Shown here: one piece after another, positions 9,387-16,276 of the stretch
How the letters are laid out: each line of letters opens with the position of its first letter
Numbering within the stretch: position 1 is the first letter of the stretch
Origin: Promethearchaeota archaeon
GTDB taxonomy: Archaea > Asgardarchaeota > Lokiarchaeia > Sigyniarchaeales > SOKP01
Assembly (NCBI GenBank): GCA_048941015.1
Contig: JBHLNZ010000055.1
Location: 1 to 19,676 of the forward strand
Direction: 5' to 3'
DNA length: 19,676 nucleotides
Notes under the pieces: model-generated
The model's input: the letters and a program-made list of their open reading frames with translations, nothing else
What the model was told of the DNA's origin: nothing
Database searches by the model: none
Translations under genes and position numbers: made by a program

Positions 9387-10657
9387 TATTTCTTTTTATC
9401 ACCACTATTTTTAGATTCAATAACTTCTATATGATCGACAAGGAATTCAGAAAAATCTAAAATTTGGATTGATGCGATATCTTCAAAATCATTTTGAAGA
9501 CAAGAAAAATGAATATTACATTTTGGGCAGCTAGTGACTAATTTTAAAGCAGTTGATTTAACTTCCTGCATACGTTTATATCTTAAAGCTTTTGATTTTT
9601 CATTACAATTCATCCATGAATTTACTCCACAACATAAGGTATTTACTTTATTATGAGGCATTTCGTTGAATTTATAGCCTAATTTATTAAATTCTTTAAA
9701 AATTTCTCTTGTTTCTTCAATAATTTTACTATCTTCGGGTAAAAATCGACTTAAACGACATGGATCATGATAAGTGAAGGTAATATCTTCATGATTTTTA
9801 TTTGGGTTTGTAAATTTTATTTTCTTTTCTTTCCAATTTTCATAAACATATTCAATTATGTGTTTAACATCTACTTTTTCGCCATATTCTTCAAAAATTT
9901 TTGCATAATCAACCTTAAGAGTTCGATAACATTCTGCACAAGCCGTAACAATTGAAGTGATTCCCGCTTTTTGAAACATTTCTAAATTTTTCTTAGCTAA
10001 CTTAATAAAGGTCTTTAATTTCCCTTGACCCCAATAAATATCATGTCCACAACAAACCTCTTCCTTAAAAACAACAATAGGTTGTTCTTCAATTTGACAG
10101 AGAATTTTTAATGTGCTTGTGGCAATAGAAGTAGGATTTTCAAATTCATAATTGAAGAAGGGTAAACATCCTACATAATATAATAAATTTCCTTTATTTG
10201 ATACTTTACATCCTTTTGGAACCCAGTCCATATTCCTGCTTGTGTTAATATAGGGACGGCTCATTATTTCAGAAATAGTAGTATACATTCCTTTATGGGC
10301 AACTAATTCATCAGAATTCTGATTTTTTTCATGTCTCATTTTATAACGAGCCATTCTTACAATATCAGCAAAATTAATTTTTTCTGGACAATCTTTAAGG
10401 CATTGATTACAGGTTAAACAATCCCATAAAACCCCACTTTCTAAAACTTTATCTTCAAAACCTTCTAAAATTAGCTGAATTATTTTACTTGGAGTATATT
10501 TCTCAACTTTACTTAATTGACATACTCCACTGCATCTTCCACACTGATAACATTTCTTTAATAAATTTCTTAATTGAGGTTCATAGACTTTTTCTAAATA
10601 TTCATATGTATCTGCAAAAAGCTTTTTCCTCTCTATATCACGTTTTGATTCGGTTAT
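9386..10657 (-). CDS. hdrD: HdrD/GlpC-like Fe-S oxidoreductase (2x[4Fe-4S] HdrC-like domain + two CCG domains), about 423 aa, probable non-canonical ATA start
   Basis: Frame is open from 10675 through the track ORF 10354-9386 and encodes CYQCGRCSGVC and WDCLTCNQCLKDCP upstream of the first ATG; CCG motifs YYVGC/EVCCG/TACAEC and YHDPC/LCCG/TSCPKC; GAGGT SD at 10669-10665 lies 7 nt before ATA at 10657. Exact start is inferred. Confidence 0.85.
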   Translation of the reverse strand: MTESKRDIERKKLFADTYEYLEKVYEPQLRNLLKKCYQCGRCSGVCQLSKVEKYTPSKIIQLILEGFEDKVLESGVLWDCLTCNQCLKDCPEKINFADIVRMARYKMRHEKNQNSDELVAHKGMYTTISEIMSRPYINTSRNMDWVPKGCKVSNKGNLLYYVGCLPFFNYEFENPTSIATSTLKILCQIEEQPIVVFKEEVCCGHDIYWGQGKLKTFIKLAKKNLEMFQKAGITSIVTACAECYRTLKVDYAKIFEEYGEKVDVKHIIEYVYENWKEKKIKFTNPNKNHEDITFTYHDPCRLSRFLPEDSKIIEETREIFKEFNKLGYKFNEMPHNKVNTLCCGVNSWMNCNEKSKALRYKRMQEVKSTALKLVTSCPKCNIHFSCLQNDFEDIASIQILDFSEFLVDHIEVIESKNSGDKKK

Positions 10658-10670
10658 GATTTTTACCTCT

Positions 10671-11783
10671 TTAACTTAAATTTTTCATAAATTCTTCTCT
10701 ACGTTTAATTTTAGCTTTTGAAAATTGAGTTATCAAATTTATCGTTTTATTCTTTTTTGTTTCGTCAAGATCTAATGCTCTTATTACTCCTGCATCTAAA
10801 GCTTTCTTTAACACATCCTTTCCTTTTTTAGTTCTTGGAATTACAGTAGTGTATTTATCTTGTGAACCCAAACCTCCAAAAGAAATATCTGCATAAATAT
10901 TTGTAAAATCATTGCATGCATTGCAAGCAGGACGCATGTAATCCTTTAAATGGTTAAATGGAACATGAATGACTCTTTCTCCACTTCCGATATCTTTTAA
11001 CTTGAAGATAACATCTTCTTTAATGTTTATTTTCTGGATGTCAGTAAATTTTATGTTAAAATCTTTCTCAAATTTTACTATTTGCATTTTTTCAAAGAAA
11101 AAGTTTTCATAACAAAATAAACCAAGACAAATCTCAATATTTTCAGAAGGAGTTACTCCTAAATCTTGCATACACCTTATTGTATAAAGTTGGCATGGAG
11201 TCCCCACTACCGCTAATTTCTTAAATTTATAGTGATTCAATTTTGGAATAGAATGTGTGTATGTACAGAATTTCTGAATTTCATCAAGATGTGGAGAGAT
11301 ATCCAATTTAGCTCCCGATGCTTTAATAAGATCATATTTACTATCAGCAAAAGTAGCTTCTCTCGAGAAAGGAGCATCAGTTTTCGAAACAATAGATCCA
11401 TCAATCAAATTCTTTTCAATTAAGAAGTTAATAATTGAGTTTACTACTCCACCGTCAGTTCCATAATTCAAAAACTCCTTATCTGTTGCTTGACAGGAAT
11501 AAACATCTTCAAAATGCCCAATTGGCAGTAAATTATAATCTGAAAATTGATACGTTTTATTTAACTCATCATCTAATACATGAGTTTGGGGGCAGATACA
11601 ATAACAAATTCCACATTCAAGGCACTTATCTTTATTTAAATATTCAGGAGGTTTGTATGGATCTTTTAATCCAATAACATCATATTCTGCTGAGCTACAA
11701 AAACTAACACAGCCCCCACATTCTTGACATATACCTCTCTTATGAACCTCCTCAATAAGATCTTGAAATGTTTTTGTATTCAT
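10671..11783 (-). CDS. Coenzyme F420 hydrogenase/dehydrogenase beta-subunit family protein (FrhB/FdhB-like) with N-terminal ferredoxin
   Basis: CQECGGCVSFC, CLECGICYCICP, TDGGVV, VVGTPCQ, LGLFCYENF, CNACNDF..YADISFGGLGS. Confidence 0.9.
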   Translation of the reverse strand: MNTKTFQDLIEEVHKRGICQECGGCVSFCSSAEYDVIGLKDPYKPPEYLNKDKCLECGICYCICPQTHVLDDELNKTYQFSDYNLLPIGHFEDVYSCQATDKEFLNYGTDGGVVNSIINFLIEKNLIDGSIVSKTDAPFSREATFADSKYDLIKASGAKLDISPHLDEIQKFCTYTHSIPKLNHYKFKKLAVVGTPCQLYTIRCMQDLGVTPSENIEICLGLFCYENFFFEKMQIVKFEKDFNIKFTDIQKINIKEDVIFKLKDIGSGERVIHVPFNHLKDYMRPACNACNDFTNIYADISFGGLGSQDKYTTVIPRTKKGKDVLKKALDAGVIRALDLDETKKNKTINLITQFSKAKIKRREEFMKNLS

Positions 11784-11793
11784 ATTTGTTTTA

Positions 11794-13299
11794 TCAACTA
11801 TTCTTGTGGTTTTCTAATACAATTGGTTTACAATTTTTTCTTTTTGATGCTGCTATTCTTTCTAGAAGCCCTTGCCCTGGTTTGACATCTTTTAAACTCT
11901 GATATTCAATCAGGCCAGCATCAGCAGCTCCTTTAAAAACTTCATCTCCTTCTTTAGATCTTGTAATTACTGATGAATATCCTCCTTGCGAGCCAATAGA
12001 TCCCACTGAGATATCTGCATAATCTGAAGTTAAGTCTCCACAGTAATGACAATTATTTCTTGCATATGATTTAACTTCTTTTAGATCAACTGACATCTCT
12101 TCTCCAGATTTTAAATTTATAATAAATTTTCCCTTATCTATATTCATTTTGGTCAATTCATTTATATCCTGATCAAATTTATCCTTTGTTAATTTGATGA
12201 TATCCGCATAAGAAAAGGATTCCATACAAAATAATCCTATTTTGTACTTTATATTTTTAAAAAAAGGAAATCCACTAGGAAATAAAGATCCTTTTTCTAA
12301 CGCTCTCATCATACATGGAACACCTACAACAGCAAGTTTATCATACTTTTTCGCTTGATCTATAATTGTTAATGAAGAAGCATTAGCATATTTTGTACCA
12401 CCAGTTTTATATAAATCTTTTACACTTTCTATTATTACTGGTTCAGGTCTCCATAAATCTTTTGAATGTTGAACAGCAATAACAGCATCTACTAATTTAT
12501 TTTCTAATAAATATTCTAAAATAGATGTTACAATTCCACCATCTTGACGTACCTTCTTAATTTCATCCTTAGTAGTACTTGCGGTATAAGCATTAACATA
12601 TCCTCCAATCTTTTCAGAATAGGTCAATGATTTATCTATTTTCTTAATACTTTTATAAGCTTGATTTATTGAAAAGGAGCTAGGGCATACGGTAAAGCAT
12701 AAACCGCATTTCATACAAATTTCTTCATCTATTTTAAGAGTATCTGCGGTAACCTTGATGGCATTTACAGGGCAAACTGAAGAACACCATCCACAATGGC
12801 AACATACTCCCGAATCAAATACGATTGAAACAGGTTCAAAATAATGCTCAATAAAAGTATTTGGTAATTCTTTAGCTTGATATCTGTAAAAATATTCTTC
12901 CTCTTCAACCTCTTTTTCTTCTCCCTTTATCTTCTTTATTACTTTTTTTTTTATAACTTCAATATGTTCTTCTACGTATCCTTGTTCTTTTAAGTATATA
13001 ACATCTCGTATTACGTTTTCAGAAGGGAAATCTTTAATCTTTTTAGCGATTTCCTCCAAAAATAAAGGTTTATCTCCTATTATCTTTTCTAAGACTATTT
13101 TACGTTCGGTTTCAGCATCGATCATAGCATCTAAAATTTCATAGAACTCTTGCTCAGAGTATTTTCCAGATTTTAAAATTTCTTCTTTTGCTTCGAAAAA
13201 AGCTCTCACTTGAAAATTTTCTGAAGCTTTATAAGTGGCATCCAATAAATCTTTAGGAGAAATCCTACTAAATAGTTTATTATTTACTATTTGAACCAT
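11794..13299 (-). CDS. FrhB/FdhB-family protein with ~150-aa N-terminal helical/winged-helix-like extension and ferredoxin domain
   Basis: CCHCGWCSSVCP, CMKCGLCFTVCP, QDGGIVT, GGTKY, VGVPC, IGLFCMESF, CHYCGD...ADISVGSIGS; N-terminal LFLEEIAKKI...SENVIRDVIYLKEQGYV is wHTH-like. Confidence 0.9.
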   Translation of the reverse strand: MVQIVNNKLFSRISPKDLLDATYKASENFQVRAFFEAKEEILKSGKYSEQEFYEILDAMIDAETERKIVLEKIIGDKPLFLEEIAKKIKDFPSENVIRDVIYLKEQGYVEEHIEVIKKKVIKKIKGEEKEVEEEEYFYRYQAKELPNTFIEHYFEPVSIVFDSGVCCHCGWCSSVCPVNAIKVTADTLKIDEEICMKCGLCFTVCPSSFSINQAYKSIKKIDKSLTYSEKIGGYVNAYTASTTKDEIKKVRQDGGIVTSILEYLLENKLVDAVIAVQHSKDLWRPEPVIIESVKDLYKTGGTKYANASSLTIIDQAKKYDKLAVVGVPCMMRALEKGSLFPSGFPFFKNIKYKIGLFCMESFSYADIIKLTKDKFDQDINELTKMNIDKGKFIINLKSGEEMSVDLKEVKSYARNNCHYCGDLTSDYADISVGSIGSQGGYSSVITRSKEGDEVFKGAADAGLIEYQSLKDVKPGQGLLERIAASKRKNCKPIVLENHKNS

Positions 13300-13353
13300 A
13301 TTCCAGTCATTTTATTTCCTATACTAAAAAAATTCATTTTATTATTAACAATT

Positions 13354-13375
13354 AAAAACCCCTCCCTTTGCGAGG
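13354..13375 (-). terminator. Short GC hairpin plus U-tract downstream of the SECIS (possible terminator or processing site)
   Basis: Minus strand CCUC-GCAAAGG-GAGG followed by GGUUUUU; only a 4-bp stem. Confidence 0.3.
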
Positions 13376-13378
13376 TAA

Positions 13379-13414
13379 GTCGTCTTATAACTAATATTTG
13401 ATTATAAGATTCAT
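13379..13414 (-). ncRNA. Eukaryote-like (Lokiarchaeota-type) SECIS element in the 3' UTR of mvhD(Sec)
   Basis: Minus strand AUGAA-UCUUAUAAU-CAAAUAUUA-GUUAUAAGA-CGAC: AUGA...GA core, 8 Watson-Crick pairs plus one U-G pair, AAA in the apical loop; begins 1 nt after the UAG stop of a gene with UGA at Cys positions. Confidence 0.85.
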
Positions 13415-13415
13415 T

Positions 13416-13868
13416 CTATGGGGTAGTTACTACTTTTTTTTTTGAAGATTTTATATTCATGACATTTATCGGATTTGGTCCAGCTCGCTTGACTTTTTCA
13501 AAGGCATCCTCAACACTTTTAACTAACTTTTCTGATTCTGCTGAGCTTAACCAATACATATTAACTCTTTGGCTTCCAAAACCTCTTGATTCTAATATTC
13601 TATTCGCTAAATCAACATGTTTTTGAGCTGTATAATTCCCTTTCTTAAATTGGCACTCATCTGGCCTTCATCCGACAACCATAACGCCGTCAGCTCCTGA
13701 TTTAATAGTATATAAGATATGCTTAACATCGACTCTTCCCGTACACTTAACTTTAATGATTTTTACCGAAGGAGTATACTTTAAACGAGCAACTCCAGCC
13801 AAATCCGCAGCACCATATCCTCACTTTAAACAAGCAAACATAATTATATTAAATTTATAATCTTCCAT
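13416..13868 (-). CDS. vhuD: Selenocysteine-containing MvhD/VhuD [2Fe-2S] subunit (150 aa; U16, U67), absent from the ORF track
   Basis: Manual translation MEDYKFNIIMFACLK-U-GYGAADLAGVARLKYTPSVKIIKVKCTGRVD...GADGVMVVG-U-RPDECQFKKGN...WLSSAESEK...GPNPIN...TTP*; TGA at 13823-13821 and 13670-13668 align to Cys in the paralog at 5842-6279; SD GGAGGT upstream; ends with TAG. Confidence 0.93.
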
Positions 13869-13875
13869 CTTTTGT

Positions 13876-15816
13876 CTAACCTCCTTCTAATAATCCATCG
13901 ATTTCAGCAAATAGTTGGTGATCCCGGTAATACCTAATGTCTATAGCTTGTGTGGGGCAACAAGTAGCGCATATTCCGCATCCATCACAATTAGTTTCAT
14001 CAACAACCGCTCCCTTTTCAAAAATAATTTTGATTGCCTTTTTAGGACATTCTTTTTCGCATCTTCGACAAGAAATACAGAAATCATTATTTACATCAGC
14101 AGTAATAAGTTCAATTTGTATTTTTCCTGGTGCTGTTAGTTCTGCAACTTTACTGGCTGCTGCTCTAGCTTGTGACACAGAGTAAGCAATATCCTTTGGA
14201 CCCTGAGCGAAACCAGCGATAAATATACCCTTTGATTTAGTTTCTTGTGGCATTAAACCAAAGTGAGATTCAGTTAAAAATCCATACTTATCGGCATCTA
14301 AATTTAATGCTTTAATAATTTGATGGGTTCCTTCAGATGGTAATGCAGCAGTAGATAATACAACTAAATCAGCGTCTATTTTAATAATTTCATCTGTTAG
14401 TGATGAGTATACTCTAACTTTAACATTTTTAGTTGCCGGATCTTCTGATATTTCGCCTACTTTACCTCGAATCATTCTAATATCTGAATCCTTAGCTCTT
14501 TGGTAATATTCTTCGAACCCTTTTTCATTAGTTCTAATATCGATATAACAAATAGTAATATTCGCATCTGGAAACTCCTCTTTGAGTAGCTTTCCATTCT
14601 TTAAAGCAAGCATACAACAAACTCCACTACAGTAGGTTCTTTCTGCTTCTCTGCTACCAACACATTGGATGAAGAGTATTTCCTTTGGTTTTTTGTTATC
14701 CGAAACACGCCTGACATGACCTTCTAAGGGACCATTAGGCGCCAGCATCCTTTCTAATTGGGCTTGAGTTATTACATTTTCAAATTCTCCATAACCATAC
14801 TCACCATATGGTTCATGAATATCCCAACCAGTTGCTATTATAATTGTTCCAACTTTGAACTTAACTTCCTCAGGCACTTGACTGAAATCAATAGCATCAA
14901 GTTCACAAGCTTCCACACAACTAAAACATTCAACACATGACTCGCGATGAACATCATATAAAAACGGTACCGCTTGACCAAAAGCGATATCAATTGCTTT
15001 TCGAGATCCGAGATTTTCATCGAAGTAATTAGATGTATATACAGGACAAACTTCAGTACACGCTCCACATCCATTACAAGTTTCATTGACATATCTCGGT
15101 TTCATTTCAACGGTTACATCATAATTTCCAACATAACCTGAAACTTCTTTTACCTCGCTAAAACTAAGAATTTCGATATTTTCATGGCGATTAACTTCGA
15201 GCATTTTTGGACCACAGATTCATATAGCGCAATCATCAGTGGGAAATGTTCTGTCTAATTGAGCCATCCTTCCACCAATAGTTGTTTTACTTTCTACTAA
15301 ATAAACTTTAATGCCTTCATTAGCGAGATCTAAAGCAGCATTCATTCCTGCTATACCTCCACCCACGATTAAAGTTGCTTTTTCTACAGGGACTGTTTTA
15401 ATTGGGACAACTTCTAACTCTTTTGCTCGTTCGATACCGCTTTTAACCAGAATCTTTGCTTTTTCTAATGCTTCATCACTATTTTCTGTGCACCATGAGC
15501 AATGTTCTCTTACATTTACCATCTGGAAATAGTAAGGATTTAAATCGGTTTTAGCTATCGATCCCCTATAAATTGGTTCATGAGTTCTTGGTGTTCAAGC
15601 AGATGCTACGATTCGAGTTAACCTTTTTTCTTTAATATCTTCTATTATTTGATTTTGTCCGCTTTCTGTGCATAAAAATGCATGTGTTTTTGCGACCACT
15701 ACATCATCCATTTCTTTCGCAAATTCAGCTAATTTATCGCAATTTATTTTGCCTCGAATATTAATACCTCAATGACACGCGTAGAAACCAATCCGATGCT
15801 TTTCAGATTTTTCCAT
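13876..15816 (-). CDS. hdrA: Selenocysteine-containing heterodisulfide reductase subunit A (646 aa; U16, U74, U199)
   Basis: One frame from ATG 15816: MEKSEKHRIGFYACH-U-GINI...RIVASA-U-TPRTHE...NVREHCSWC...GGGIAG...QLDRTFPTDDCAI-U-ICGPKMLEV..., joining track ORFs 15220-15522 and 13876-15204; TGA at 15771-15769, 15597-15595 and 15222-15220 each align to Cys in the 1028-aa paralog (CHCG, ASCTPRTHE, DCSLCIL). Confidence 0.93.
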
Positions 15817-15900
15817 CTTCTCTTACACATCCACCTCTATTAATACAATTCTGTATAAAATTTAATCTATAAATTATTTTTTATATATTGATCGATTTCC

Positions 15901-15914
15901 TATATAATTTTTTA
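15901..15914 (-). promoter_or_regulatory. Possible BRE/TATA for the hdrA(Sec) operon
   Basis: A-run followed by TTATATA on the minus strand about 85 nt upstream of the ATG; region is very AT-rich, so weak. Confidence 0.3.
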
Positions 15915-16276
15915 GATTAATTTCAATTTTTCTTAGTTTTTTGTATTTTAATATTGTTGATTAAAATTCATATAGTATATATATTTAAAATTGTTTTTAT
16001 TTAATGATATAAGTTCATTTTAGTAATGTAATAGTTATTGTAAGTAATTTTATTAAATTTCAATAATTTTTATTCCAATAATGTAGAGAATTAATAATTC
16101 TTTACTTTTAGAAATTACTGGTTTTAAAATTAACTTAGTTGCTAATTGTTATTATATACTAAAAATTAAAAACAAAATTATCATAATTAATTCTTAATCA
16201 CATATTTTTTTACAAATAAGTAAAAGAATAGATTTTTACAGCTATTTATTAAATAAAAAAATTATTATCTAATAAG

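Noticed and set aside
13306-13337. Possible second SECIS (AUGAA-UUUUUUUAGUAUAGGAAAUAAAA-UGAC)
   Set aside because: Stem is only interrupted U-A pairs with no apical AAA loop; likely chance in AT-rich DNA.
14240-14280. HFGLMP in place of the usual HxKLRP in Sec-HdrA as loss of the bifurcation lysine
   Set aside because: The FAD-proximal Lys lies in the CCxxxxK motif, which is retained (CCMLALK); the meaning of this change cannot be judged from sequence alone.
15220-15522. Track ORFs 15220-15522 and 13876-15204 as separate genes
   Set aside because: They are in-frame parts of one Sec-containing HdrA starting at 15816.
13416-15816. Reading the interrupted hdrA/mvhD as pseudogenes or as a UGA=Trp/Gly genetic code
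   Set aside because: All five interruptions are TGA at conserved Cys sites with no frameshifts, Trp is encoded by TGG, TGA ends other genes (1413-1415, 18251-18253), and a SECIS-like hairpin is present.
1437-15816. Methanogenesis as the role of the hdr cluster
   Set aside because: No mcr, mtr or fwd genes in the window, and HdrA/MvhD/HdrD modules are widespread in non-methanogens.
15817-16276. AT-rich 460-bp divergent intergenic region as an origin, CRISPR leader or ncRNA
   Set aside because: No ORB-like repeats, direct-repeat array or stable structure visible; consistent with two divergent promoters.
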